NCBI GenBank assembly: GCA_965602015.1
Contig: OZ271918.1
Location: 1,600,001-1,664,000, forward strand
Reading direction: 5' to 3'
DNA from: Salinispira sp.
GTDB taxonomy: Bacteria; Spirochaetota; Spirochaetia; DSM-27196; Salinispiraceae
DNA length: 64,000 bases
A program made the position numbers and the translations under genes. Under the pieces are notes generated by a model. That model was not told where the DNA came from. It did not search any database and saw only the letters and a program-made list of their open reading frames with translations. Shown piece after piece: positions 1 to 9,882 of this stretch (position 1 is its first letter; every line of letters starts with the position of its first letter).

Positions 1-11
1 TCTACACAGTT

Positions 12-782
12 TTATCCATTTCTGTAAACACAGATATCCCAGAAACTTTCCCCCTGGGAAAACCCGTCGTATTGCTCGACGACGTTCAACCCGGACTCGT
101 GCATTTCCCGGGCTACCTGCCCTTTTTCAAAGCGCGCCAAAGCAAAGCGGTTAGAAAAATCCAACTCCGGGTTTTCGCAGACAAAATACCAGTCCACTTC
201 CTGACGATCTGAGTCCAGAATCCGGCTCTGCTCAAACACATCGTAGCGCATACCCGAGCGGTCCACCGCGCAGCCGACTTCAACAGCCGAGGAAGCGCTG
301 TCTGCAAAGCTTTCCTGAATGAGCACCGCGATAATTCCCCACCCGCGGCGAGCTGTTGCATCCGCCATATTCCGGTAAATGGATTTGCGTTCCGCAGGCA
401 ATATAAAATGTCCGAGGCTGTTCGCCATGAGCAGGACCACATCGGCCGGGGGCAGGGTCTCAGACGTGCCAAGATTTCTTTTCAGGATGTCGCCGCTGTG
501 CCATCGGACATCAGCTGCGGATTTCCAGCGTTGTCCGGCAAACTCCAACATGGCCGGTGAAAGATCTACGCCGGAAAACACCCGGGAAGGGTCTTTTAAC
601 TCAGACGATGAAGCGAGGTTTCCGATTACCCGCCCGCCCCCGCAGGCCAATTCGCATATGTGGGCTCCGGGCGAAAAGCCGGTTTTTTGAACATGTGAAA
701 GAACAAAAGTCCAATCATCGGTATAGTCCGCAAAAAGCGAGTCGTAAAGCTCGGGGCGGGCGTACAGCTCATTCACAACCAC
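12..782 (-). CDS. class I SAM-dependent methyltransferase
   Basis: Motif I ELACGGG, acidic GVDLS, GD motif; overlaps the upstream gene by 10 nt. Confidence 0.85.
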   Translation of the reverse strand: MVVNELYARPELYDSLFADYTDDWTFVLSHVQKTGFSPGAHICELACGGGRVIGNLASSSELKDPSRVFSGVDLSPAMLEFAGQRWKSAADVRWHSGDILKRNLGTSETLPPADVVLLMANSLGHFILPAERKSIYRNMADATARRGWGIIAVLIQESFADSASSAVEVGCAVDRSGMRYDVFEQSRILDSDRQEVDWYFVCENPELDFSNRFALARFEKGQVAREMHESGLNVVEQYDGFSQGESFWDICVYRNG

Positions 783-1117
783 TGAGCTCCTGCAGCTTCC
801 ACATCTTCAATAGCGCTCAGCCGAATTGCCCCCCAGGCAGGTTCCTCATACGGGTGAGCATTCTTTAAGGCCGTAACAACCTCGGCTACGCAGTTGTCAT
901 CTGCTATAAACTCGAGCTTAACCTCTTCGACAGTTTCCAATCTGCCCGGACGTCCGATATGGGGTGATGCGCCGTTCAGGGGCATAAACTGCCCGGTTCC
1001 GCTTGTTTCCCAGCAGGCATGGCTATAATCTCCGATTCGCCCGGCACCGGCGGAAAAACAGGCCTGCTTGACCGCTTCGCGGTCAGCCTTTGGCACGTAG
1101 ACAAAAATATGAAACAT
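773..1117 (-). CDS. YqfO/NIF3 (NGG1p-interacting factor) PII-like small protein
   Basis: AGAGRIGDYS, GTGQFMPL and HPYEEPA motifs; GGAGG RBS upstream. Confidence 0.85.
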   Translation of the reverse strand: MFHIFVYVPKADREAVKQACFSAGAGRIGDYSHACWETSGTGQFMPLNGASPHIGRPGRLETVEEVKLEFIADDNCVAEVVTALKNAHPYEEPAWGAIRLSAIEDVEAAGAQWL

Positions 1118-1250
1118 TGTTCCTCCATAGAATTTTTCAAAAAATTTTGAGTGTACAGGCTTTTCTTTCTATCTATTCGCATTAGCGCAATGCAGCCGGA
1201 GGATGAGCACGTCTTGCGTTCATGCCATCCGCAGGGAATAATACCAGCCT

Positions 1251-2345
1251 ATGATACATGCTTTTAGTGACGCAGGAAACGACCGCGGTATACAAAACCT
1301 TCGCTTGAAGTATCTTGCAATTACTGCCTTGTACCTGGGAAGCCTGCTTGCCCTGCCAACCACCGGGTATGCCCGGGGAACCGCAGAGGGCGTTAGGGCC
1401 CCGGAGGAAATGGTCTTTCCCGATTCCATGCTGCGCTATGAATCCTTTGAAGATTATGTGGAACTATATGTGCCTGACGGCGAATGCTTATGCTACGCCT
1501 CCAGCGGTTTTATTCAGGCTGCGGGATATGAGATTTTTACCAGCGTTTTTCGCGGGAACTCCCGGAGCAAACCCGGCAGCGTGTGGATTGCTCACGGCTA
1601 CCTGCACCGTCAGGGGTACTACCTGTCCCTTGCCGCCAGATTACGCGATTTGGGATGGGACGTGGTGCTCTTCGACCTCCCGGGTCACGGGCTGTCCTCA
1701 GGCCCCCGCGCCGAAATTCCCTCTTTTTGGCGCTATGGTGAGCTCATCAACGACCTCATCAATTCACCTCATTTGGAGGGGATTGGCAGCAAAAAAATTG
1801 CCCTTGGCCACAGCACCGGCGCCAGCGCATACATCTCCCAAGCGCTGAGCTACGGAACGGCCTTTGACTCATACATCTTCCTTGCTCCCCTCATCAGATC
1901 GGCGGCATGGAATCTCAGCAGAACCAGCATAGACATACGCCCGGCGCGGATGAGCACCATTCCCCGGCTTATCCGAAAGAGCAGCGGAGACGATGAATTT
2001 ATGCGCTTTATGCGCAGGGAGGATCTGTTTACCCATCGGAGAATTCCCGTCGCGTGGATCGACGCCTTGATCCGCTGGAATAGCGAACTCGAAAACCTGC
2101 CGAGAGAGTCCTGGACTCAGGCGTTCTCGGGCACGGCGGTCACGTTAATCCAGGGAGGCCGGGATACCGTTGTTGATTGGCGTTATAATCTGCCTTTTCT
2201 CAGTCACCGCATACCCAACAATGATGTTTACCTTATTGAACAGGCACGGCACGACCTGCTTTTTGAATCTGAAGGATTGCGCATGCAAGGCTACTCCCGG
2301 CTTTTTGATGCATTGTTCGCACAAAACGATAGCAAGGAATATTGA
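1251..2345 (+). CDS. alpha/beta hydrolase (lysophospholipase-like), probably exported; true start may be a few codons downstream
   Basis: HGY oxyanion motif, DLPGHGLS, nucleophile elbow GHSTG, D (RDTVV) and H (ARHDL); hydrophobic N-terminus. Confidence 0.8.
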   Translation: MIHAFSDAGNDRGIQNLRLKYLAITALYLGSLLALPTTGYARGTAEGVRAPEEMVFPDSMLRYESFEDYVELYVPDGECLCYASSGFIQAAGYEIFTSVFRGNSRSKPGSVWIAHGYLHRQGYYLSLAARLRDLGWDVVLFDLPGHGLSSGPRAEIPSFWRYGELINDLINSPHLEGIGSKKIALGHSTGASAYISQALSYGTAFDSYIFLAPLIRSAAWNLSRTSIDIRPARMSTIPRLIRKSSGDDEFMRFMRREDLFTHRRIPVAWIDALIRWNSELENLPRESWTQAFSGTAVTLIQGGRDTVVDWRYNLPFLSHRIPNNDVYLIEQARHDLLFESEGLRMQGYSRLFDALFAQNDSKEY

Positions 2346-3127
2346 TGAAAAAAGCCGGAACACGACCAGATCCGCGCACGAGAAAATCCTTCACCGGATT
2401 CCTTGCGGCTATTATGCTTGTATGTATGAGTTTACCAGCCGCAGCACAAGACAGTCGGGAAATCGCCGAAGTAAGAAGCAGCTACCGGCAAGCAGAACGG
2501 GTATTTTTCTCCCGGGATGATATCGCCGCAGCCCGGGCAATCCTCGATGCACATCTCGACGCGCGGGAACGCATCCGCGACCCCCAATGGCGCCGCCTGA
2601 TGAATGCCCAGGCATCGGTGCACGCAGGCTACTTTGAAATGAATGGCGGCCGGGACAGCATTGCCCGGGAGCTCCTCGAGCAGGGGATTTCGCACAGCGA
2701 AGCAGTTATTGCCCAGGGAGGATCAGGGGAACTTATTTCCGAGGCATACCGCATCGCGGCCGATGCCTACCTGTTTTTAGCGAATATCAGAGGTCCGCTT
2801 TTTCAGATGAGCAACGGAGCGAAATTCCGCGATTACCCCATCAAGGCCCTGGAATACCACCCTGAAAACCGCCGGGCACGGCTTTCCCGGGCGGTGTTCC
2901 TCGCGTCGGTCCCTCCACTGGTCGGCGGGAATCCGGCTGAGGCGGCTCGGCTTCTTGAGGATTCCCTTGAGGGGAGCGAAGCGGAGCTTCAATTCCAGAT
3001 GCTGGTGTGGCTTGGAATTGCCAATCAGCGCTTGGGAGATGACCGTCAAGCCCTGTCGGCCTGGGAAAGAGCCGAGCGTATTATTCCCGGAAGCAGTTGG
3101 ATTGCCGAGCTTCGGGCGAAGATATAG
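2345..3127 (+). CDS. secreted tetratricopeptide-repeat protein
   Basis: Signal peptide (..LPAAAQD); TPR-like helices (WLGIANQRLGDDRQALSAWERAERIIPGS); TGATG overlap with the hydrolase. Confidence 0.65.
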   Translation: MKKAGTRPDPRTRKSFTGFLAAIMLVCMSLPAAAQDSREIAEVRSSYRQAERVFFSRDDIAAARAILDAHLDARERIRDPQWRRLMNAQASVHAGYFEMNGGRDSIARELLEQGISHSEAVIAQGGSGELISEAYRIAADAYLFLANIRGPLFQMSNGAKFRDYPIKALEYHPENRRARLSRAVFLASVPPLVGGNPAEAARLLEDSLEGSEAELQFQMLVWLGIANQRLGDDRQALSAWERAERIIPGSSWIAELRAKI

Positions 3128-3135
3128 TCCGGCTA

Positions 3136-4470
3136 TCAGCCCCTCGCTACCGGGGGCACCGATTGGCGGTAAAAAGCCTCCATGAGGGCTATCATGTCAC
3201 ATTGATCGCCAAGCCCTGCAGTTTCTCTTACAGAATGCATGGCCAGCATGCCAATGCCCAGGTCGACGGTGGGAATATCAAGCAGGGTCATGGAAATAGT
3301 CCCAATGGTAGAACCTGAGGGTACGTCCGCCCGGTTAACCATTTCCTGGATGGGTATTTCTTTTGCCGTGCTGAGGGAGAACAATCTGCTGGCCACCACC
3401 GCATCGGTGCCGTACTTATACCCGGCGCTGCGCTTCAAAACGATTCCCCTATTTATTTCCGGCCGGTACTGTCCATCGTGCTTGTCGCTGTAGTTGGGAT
3501 GCAGGGCATGGGCTCCGTCAATGGATATCTGAAAGGATTTTTGCCGGGCGATGAGCTGATCTTCCTGATTCATTCCGCAGGCGATAAAAAAGCGCTCAAG
3601 CACCTGATCAAAAAAACGGCTGGCTGCCCCGGATCTGGTGCGGCTGCCGATTTCCTCGCTGTTGTACAGGCAGACAAATCCGGGCTTGCTGTGAGTTTCA
3701 GGCGCGCTGTGCAAGAAGCCGGTGAGGGCCGCATGGCAGCCCGCGAGATTATCAATCCGTCCGGATCGGATAAGCGATGACGACCCTGATCCCGCAAATA
3801 TGCTGGCTTTTTCGACGGGTACGAGAAAGCACTCCACATCGAGAATGTCCTCGCCCTTCACTCCCTCTTCAGCGGCCAAAATGCTGATGAGATTCGTATC
3901 TTTGGCATCGTCACGGTGGAAGAGCAATGCCCTGAACTCTTTCTGGGGATTGTATGTTAATTCCTTGTTGATCTCCCGGTTCATATGAATTGCTACATTG
4001 GGAATAATTGCGGTCAGACTTTCCAATGAGAAAAGACGCTCTTCCAGAACACTATTATTCTTTACCATGTAACGCCCTGCCAGGCGCAGGTCCCGGTCAA
4101 GCCATGTGGCGTAAATCGGACCGCCGTACACTTCAACCCCGGCAGTGAGAACATTTCCCGACACTTCGAGCCGGGTCCCTTTGAGTTTTAACAGGGGACT
4201 ATCCAGATGGGCGCCGGTAATCGATACCCCCTCTCCCCTGGGCTTCATATCGGCGGTGGAAAATGCGATTACCGCCGATCCGTCCCTCATGAGGTAATAT
4301 ATGGAACCGGGTTCGAGTTTCCAGGTTTCATCTTCATAAAGGCGGCGGGCACCGGCGGCTTCCAAACGCCTGGCACTTTCTCTGGCGCCGTGAAATGCTG
4401 TGGGAATGTTGTCAATGTACGCCGCCAAATCCTCACCGACCTTATGTACTGCGTGTGTTTCAGGTTTCAT
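3136..4470 (-). CDS. apeB: M18 family aspartyl aminopeptidase
   Basis: GAHLDSP, EVYGG, RIDNL, EEIGS, DGAHALHPNY and AMHSVRE motifs. Confidence 0.9.
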   Translation of the reverse strand: MKPETHAVHKVGEDLAAYIDNIPTAFHGARESARRLEAAGARRLYEDETWKLEPGSIYYLMRDGSAVIAFSTADMKPRGEGVSITGAHLDSPLLKLKGTRLEVSGNVLTAGVEVYGGPIYATWLDRDLRLAGRYMVKNNSVLEERLFSLESLTAIIPNVAIHMNREINKELTYNPQKEFRALLFHRDDAKDTNLISILAAEEGVKGEDILDVECFLVPVEKASIFAGSGSSSLIRSGRIDNLAGCHAALTGFLHSAPETHSKPGFVCLYNSEEIGSRTRSGAASRFFDQVLERFFIACGMNQEDQLIARQKSFQISIDGAHALHPNYSDKHDGQYRPEINRGIVLKRSAGYKYGTDAVVASRLFSLSTAKEIPIQEMVNRADVPSGSTIGTISMTLLDIPTVDLGIGMLAMHSVRETAGLGDQCDMIALMEAFYRQSVPPVARG

Positions 4471-4516
4471 AATCTGCTCCGTATTGAATTAGTGGGTAAA
4501 AACATAACAATAACGC

Positions 4517-5971
4517 TTAGTAGAGTGAAAAGGAATGTAGGCTGGCTTCCAGCTGCCCGTTTTTCAGCGATCTCCGCTTTTCGCTTCGAAGGCCGATCTG
4601 TTTGAGGGCTTGTTTGTTTGCCGAGAAAACGTGGGCGCTGTATCCCTTCCAATCCTGTTTGAGGCAGTCGCCAATTGCCTCGTACAGCCGGTCATCCTCA
4701 TCGAGGGTCAGTCTTCTATCGTACGGAGGGTTCAGAATGATAAACCCGTTATCCGCCTCGGGGTTCAGCAGGTCAGCAAACCTGCCTTCACTCTTCTCTA
4801 AATTTGACCGAAGGTCAATAAAATTATCAACCGCGAAGAAAATATACTCTTCCACACCCGCCCTGCGGGCATTCTCCCTGGCAATACTCACGGCCCTCTG
4901 GTCGATATCCGAAGCGATAATGAGGCAGCTCGGTCTATCTGACGACCGGGACGGAGTTCCGCCCATGTCGGGTTTTTTCTGTGGGGGTTCGTTTATTTGG
5001 CCTTTGATCATTGCCCGAAGCCTCGAGCCCTTGTCCGGCCAGGCAAAGCACATATAATCCCGTCCGGCGGACTCGTTTGATTTTTTCGCAATGAGCACGG
5101 CCTTTGGTTTTTTCGAGGATGGCGCTATTTTACCCGGGGGGATAGCGGTTGCCGGGCGGGGCTTGGAATCCGCGAGTGCTTTTTTTTCCATGGGGAGTCC
5201 ATCAGAGCCGGATTCCTTATACATAGATTCGTCGGGACTTGACTCATTGGTGCCGTTCAGCAACTCCAGAACGCCTTCCTGCTCCGAGGAGACGGGATGA
5301 GGCGGAATTCCCAGCCGTTTTACGTACAGGGCGGCCTCGATGCTGATGGTTCCGCTGCCGCACATCGGATCGATCAGGCTGCCCCCGGTAAAATTTGCGG
5401 CGGCATCGGCAAAACCGCTGAAATTCAGAAGCCCCCAGGCCAGAACCTCGTTGAGAGGGGCGCCGCTGTGGCGAAGGCGGTACCCCCGCTGGCTCAAGGG
5501 GGCTCCGGAGGCATCTCTGAGAAGCGAGGCGCCGCCACTGCCGAAGACTATGAGAAAGCGAATATCCGGATTATTGCGGTCAACAGACGGACGGTTTCCG
5601 GTCTTGTCTCGGATCCGGTCCACCAGGGCATCCTTTGCCTTGAGGGTGATGTACCGCACAGGGCCCGGCGCCCTTCCCCCGCTCTCTATCACTTCAATGG
5701 AAAAGCTCTGGTCATTGCGAAGGAAACGCTCCCAGGCAACCGTCACCAGCCGTCGGTAGAGGTCCTGTTGGCTGGCTGCCCGAAACTCGGTGATTTCCTG
5801 GTAGACCCTCAGGGCCGAGGGCAGGTCCGTCAGGCATTGGAGCAGCATCCTATCATTCCCGTCAAAGCTGATTGCCTGGCGCTGCTTTATCAGACTCTTG
5901 CCTCCGATGGCGGTCAGTTCTGATTCTAGAATCTCCTCCATACCCGGAAGACAGCTGACGGAAATTCGCAT
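4517..5971 (-). CDS. THUMP-domain RNA methyltransferase (RlmL/YpsC-like) with a long low-complexity insertion
   Basis: N-terminal CLPGMEEIL, THUMP segment, RGYR..APLNE, DPMCGSGT, SDID, NPPY; start placed at the TGATG overlap (5971). Confidence 0.85.
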   Translation of the reverse strand: MRISVSCLPGMEEILESELTAIGGKSLIKQRQAISFDGNDRMLLQCLTDLPSALRVYQEITEFRAASQQDLYRRLVTVAWERFLRNDQSFSIEVIESGGRAPGPVRYITLKAKDALVDRIRDKTGNRPSVDRNNPDIRFLIVFGSGGASLLRDASGAPLSQRGYRLRHSGAPLNEVLAWGLLNFSGFADAAANFTGGSLIDPMCGSGTISIEAALYVKRLGIPPHPVSSEQEGVLELLNGTNESSPDESMYKESGSDGLPMEKKALADSKPRPATAIPPGKIAPSSKKPKAVLIAKKSNESAGRDYMCFAWPDKGSRLRAMIKGQINEPPQKKPDMGGTPSRSSDRPSCLIIASDIDQRAVSIARENARRAGVEEYIFFAVDNFIDLRSNLEKSEGRFADLLNPEADNGFIILNPPYDRRLTLDEDDRLYEAIGDCLKQDWKGYSAHVFSANKQALKQIGLRSEKRRSLKNGQLEASLHSFSLY

Positions 5972-6981
5972 CACATGCCCCGGCTCTGAAAGAGATATGC
6001 AAAATAGCCGGCATAGGAAACCAAAAAGAGTATTCCGCTCCATCGCTCAAGCCGCCGCCGCATCAGTGTAATGAGAAACAAAAGCAGGCTGACGGCTATC
6101 ATTGCCGCCAGATCGACGGTAAAGCCCCTGGCGAAAATATCCAGGGGAGTAACCAGGCTCGTTGCACCGAGGACCATGAGGCTGTTAAAAATATTGCTGC
6201 CGACAATGTTCCCGACGGAGATATCCATCTGCTTTTTTGTCGCAGCGATGACGCTTGTTATCAGCTCTGGAAGGCTGGTGCCGAATGCAACAACCGTAAT
6301 GCCGATGAAGCGCTCTGAAGCTCCAAAGAGCTCCCGTGCCATCCACGAAGCCCCGTCGATGAGAAAATCAGAACCAAAACCGAGGGCTGCGATGCCAATT
6401 CCCACCTGTATTAGCAGCAGGTAGACCGGCTTTTGCGTATCGGATTCCCCGACCTCATCCATTTCGACAAGCTCGCCGACCTCGTCCTGGTGGCCCATCC
6501 CGTAACGGTATAAAAACACGATGTAGGCCAAAAGAGCGGCGATCATGATGATGCCCTCATAGCGGAAAATCCGCCCTGCCCCGCCGTCCAGGCCTTCCCA
6601 GGGCATGGGAAGCACCACGGCAAAAAACAGCAGGTAGCTTGCGAACATCAGCGGAAGGTCTCTACGGATAATTCCCCGGCTTACCGGGATGGGGATTATG
6701 AGGGCTGAAAGCCCGAGAATTAGGGCGATATTTATGATGTTGCTTCCGACCACATTTCCGAGGCTTATTTCTTTAAACCCCTGTACTGCGGAAATGAGGC
6801 TGACGAACAGCTCGGGCGCGCTGGTACCAAAGGCTACGACGGTGAGGCCGACCACCAGGGGGGCAATGCGGAACTTTAGCGCAAGCCCTCCTGCCCCTTT
6901 TACCAGGAAGTTGCCCCCGAAATATAAGAGCACTAGGCCTGCGATGAGCAGGAAGCTGTTAAACACTATTTGCGCGGTCAT
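5971..6981 (-). CDS. calcium/sodium antiporter (CaCA, YrbG-like)
   Basis: Two alpha repeats GTSAPEL/GTSLPEL and GNVVGSN/GNIVGSN; about 10 TM helices. Confidence 0.92.
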   Translation of the reverse strand: MTAQIVFNSFLLIAGLVLLYFGGNFLVKGAGGLALKFRIAPLVVGLTVVAFGTSAPELFVSLISAVQGFKEISLGNVVGSNIINIALILGLSALIIPIPVSRGIIRRDLPLMFASYLLFFAVVLPMPWEGLDGGAGRIFRYEGIIMIAALLAYIVFLYRYGMGHQDEVGELVEMDEVGESDTQKPVYLLLIQVGIGIAALGFGSDFLIDGASWMARELFGASERFIGITVVAFGTSLPELITSVIAATKKQMDISVGNIVGSNIFNSLMVLGATSLVTPLDIFARGFTVDLAAMIAVSLLLFLITLMRRRLERWSGILFLVSYAGYFAYLFQSRGM

Positions 6982-7190
6982 TCGGGCCTCTGAAGCAGCT
7001 CGAGGATTTGCGACCTGCTCAGCATCCGCTCTTCGATAACTTCCACCCGTTTGATATCTACCGGCTCCTCGATGTGTTCTTTCTGACAGTAACTCAGGGC
7101 GTCGAACACCGACTCGAAGCTGTCGGTGGATATTGTCTCTCCCATTTTTTTATACGTCAGCACGTATTTTACCCGGTTGTCAGTTCCCAT
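6978..7190 (-). CDS. small hypothetical protein
   Basis: 70 aa; ATGA overlap with the antiporter; AGGA RBS-like sequence upstream. Confidence 0.6.
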   Translation of the reverse strand: MGTDNRVKYVLTYKKMGETISTDSFESVFDALSYCQKEHIEEPVDIKRVEVIEERMLSRSQILELLQRPE

Positions 7191-7268
7191 TTTTTTGCAC
7201 GCTATCCTTTATTTTTATTCCTGTGACCTGACTAAGAGTACTAGAGGCAGGGCCCGAGTGCAACTGAA

Positions 7269-7973
7269 TCATACGGCGGACAAGACTCCGCCGTAACGCC
7301 GGGAGCGTCCCCGGTACCACGATAGAATATCCCGAAGCTCTTTTTCTGAAAAATCCGGCCAGAGGCTCTCGGAAAAATAGATTTCTGCATAGCTGCTCCG
7401 CCAGAGCATAAAATTGCTCAGCCGCCTCTCTCCGCCGCTTCGTATCACCAAATCCAGGTCGGGAAGCTGGGGCTGGTCCAGGTATGCGTGAATTCGCTCT
7501 TCGCTTAAATCAGTAGGATCCACCCCCGCTGCCCAGGCATTGCGCATGGCCCTGAGGATTTCATCACGGCCACCGTAGTTTATTGCCAGGTTCACCGCCA
7601 TGCCGTCGAATCCTTCGGTTTGCTCTTCCACGTCCTGTATCTCTGCCCGGATATCCGGCGGAAGTATGCTAAGGTCCCCCGAATGAAGCACCCGAATTTT
7701 GTTCTCGCGGTAGAAGCGGTATTCCCGCTTAAGGCTGTTTCGGATAAGGTTCATAAGAAACGACACTTCCTCTTCGCTGCGCTTCCAGTTCTCCGTTGAA
7801 AAAGTGTACAGGGTCAAGAAGGCAACTCCCTCGTCTGCACAGGCCTTGACGATTCGCTTGGCAGTTGCCAGCCCTTCTTTGTGTCCTGCGCTGCGGTTCT
7901 TTCCCCGACGCTGGGCCCAGCGCCCGTTTCCGTCCATAATTATCCCGATGTGATCAATTGTTTTTTCCTGCAT
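7269..7973 (-). CDS. uppS: undecaprenyl/polyprenyl diphosphate synthase
   Basis: HIGIIMDGNGRWA, FSTENWKR, NYGGR, RSGGERRLSNF. Confidence 0.95.
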   Translation of the reverse strand: MQEKTIDHIGIIMDGNGRWAQRRGKNRSAGHKEGLATAKRIVKACADEGVAFLTLYTFSTENWKRSEEEVSFLMNLIRNSLKREYRFYRENKIRVLHSGDLSILPPDIRAEIQDVEEQTEGFDGMAVNLAINYGGRDEILRAMRNAWAAGVDPTDLSEERIHAYLDQPQLPDLDLVIRSGGERRLSNFMLWRSSYAEIYFSESLWPDFSEKELRDILSWYRGRSRRYGGVLSAV

Positions 7974-7991
7974 GACGCCCCTCCTCGCTAC

Positions 7992-9353
7992 TCAGATAAA
8001 TGAAAAAACCACGGGAAAAACCAGCCCCACAGTCATGAACCAGATCAGGTAGACAATGAAGTAATTCCCCTGAACCGTAAGCAGTTTTCCCGCCGGCACG
8101 CCGCTGCGCAGGTGCCTGAAGTTGAACAGCGCTAATAACGACAGGTTCCCCAGCAAAAGAATGTTGGACACCAGGGAAGTTATTTTATTCGGACTGATGC
8201 CGTATTCGCCGAGGCGATATACCATGGCGGCCAATACAAAGGCATCGATTGCCAGTGCGATAACAATGAGCCCGAGGTTAACCGCGTCCTGAAACCGGTA
8301 TTTAACACGATCTCCCCTGGTACTCACAGAAAACACCACGACGGCGATGACCGCCAGAAGCATGGCATCCATGAGAATCAGCACATCACGATCAACACTA
8401 AAGGAAGCCCCTCCGAGAACAAACAGCACCAAAAAAAGCAGCAGAATTAGCAAAAGCGGTACGGCAATGATCCGTGCCAACACCGGTGCAAAGTTTTCAA
8501 CCAGGGATCGTTTTTGCTGAACCAAGAGCATCCCTATATACAACAATGCGGGGGGAACAACCGGAAATATCCATTGGAGAACTGCATTCTCAATGTTGAT
8601 ATCTATGAGGAAAAAGAGACCAACGCTCAATCCCGAAAGGGCAGCGGCAGCGAGACCGATGAGCACCGAGTAGACCGTAACTTCTCCGCTGAATCGGATA
8701 AAATCCATTTTCCCGTCAACGGAAAGGGGAATATCCGGATCCCTGAACACAGAGAAGATGATCCAGGCCCCCAGGGGAATGTGCAGCCCGCTGAGAATCA
8801 GGGTCTGACTCTCTTCTGGAAATGGATAGAAATTTACCAAAAGGGGCGATAGCAGCAGGAGGGCCGGGAGAATAAGCGTTTTTTTCGGACGCTCTCCCCG
8901 AATCCATCGTCTGGCGATGTGATACAGGGCGGCTACCGGCAACACCATCATGGAGAGGTTAAGAAAGTAGCGCCAGAAATTCCCGGTAATCCCGCCGGGG
9001 GAAAAGCTGGGAATCAGAGACAGCAGTATAACCGCTGCCAGGCCGGCGCCGGCAAGAATACGTTCTTTCAAGGATGCCGCATCAGCATCACTGACGGCTC
9101 CGGATTTCCGGCCTGCCAGGCTCTTCCATAGTTTGTCGCTGCGCTTTTGTACCTGCAGACTGATAAGTTCATTCTCGCTGCCAAGGCGCCTGATTGCGAT
9201 GATTGCCGCCTCATCCTCAGTCAACCCCATTGAAACCAAGTCATCAACGGAATCCAAAAGGTGGCTTTCGAGTTCTTCCCGGTCTTCTTCGCCCAGATCG
9301 CTTCGCTCAGAAATCCGACTCAACCATAGCTGCATCTCAGTTCGTATATCCAT
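7992..9353 (-). CDS. multi-TM membrane protein with N-terminal 'permease prefix domain 1' (PadR partner)
   Basis: EELESHL.D...L...GL...EA...A..RLG N-terminal motif, then many TM helices; directly follows padR. Confidence 0.75.
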   Translation of the reverse strand: MDIRTEMQLWLSRISERSDLGEEDREELESHLLDSVDDLVSMGLTEDEAAIIAIRRLGSENELISLQVQKRSDKLWKSLAGRKSGAVSDADAASLKERILAGAGLAAVILLSLIPSFSPGGITGNFWRYFLNLSMMVLPVAALYHIARRWIRGERPKKTLILPALLLLSPLLVNFYPFPEESQTLILSGLHIPLGAWIIFSVFRDPDIPLSVDGKMDFIRFSGEVTVYSVLIGLAAAALSGLSVGLFFLIDINIENAVLQWIFPVVPPALLYIGMLLVQQKRSLVENFAPVLARIIAVPLLLILLLFLVLFVLGGASFSVDRDVLILMDAMLLAVIAVVVFSVSTRGDRVKYRFQDAVNLGLIVIALAIDAFVLAAMVYRLGEYGISPNKITSLVSNILLLGNLSLLALFNFRHLRSGVPAGKLLTVQGNYFIVYLIWFMTVGLVFPVVFSFI

Positions 9354-9358
9354 AGTTT

Positions 9359-9691
9359 CTAACCTTCCTGCGGCCTGATGCGGTCTATCATGGTCGCCAC
9401 AAAATCCCATTGAACGCAGAGTTCATCAAATGACCGGCGTCCCGCATCCAACACCCGATAGTACTTTCGCCGCCGGTTGCCGGCGCCGGACTGCCAATAT
9501 GATTCGATCCATCCGGATTTTTCCAACCGGTGCAGGATGGGGTACAGCATGCCTTCGGACCATTGCCAACGGCTTGATGACAGCTGTTCCACCTGTTTGA
9601 TTATTTCGTAGCCGTAGGAATCGTTATTCATGAGAATCGACAGCACAATTAGCGGCGCCGATGCTGCAACCAGATCCTTCGATACATTCAT
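9359..9691 (-). CDS. PadR family transcriptional regulator
   Basis: SYGYEI, EGMLYPILHRLE, RRRKYY; GAGG RBS before ATG 9691. Confidence 0.92.
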   Translation of the reverse strand: MNVSKDLVAASAPLIVLSILMNNDSYGYEIIKQVEQLSSSRWQWSEGMLYPILHRLEKSGWIESYWQSGAGNRRRKYYRVLDAGRRSFDELCVQWDFVATMIDRIRPQEG

Positions 9692-9705
9692 GTTACCTCG
9701 CAGTT

Positions 9706-9730
9706 CTATGTATAGCACTTCTATACATAG
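9706..9730. promoter_or_regulatory. probable PadR autoregulatory operator
   Basis: Perfect inverted repeat CTATGTATAG-n5-CTATACATAG about 15 nt upstream of padR. Confidence 0.7.
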
Positions 9731-9882
9731 CTATCAAGGTAAAGATAAAGAAAATTACCTGTTAACGATGTTGGGAATCTGGGATGGTACATATTGTAAT
9801 TTAACCTGTGGTCATTATTTATATGTATGATTTTGTATACTTCACGAAACATCACTCGCAATTTCCTGCGATTTTTTAATAA

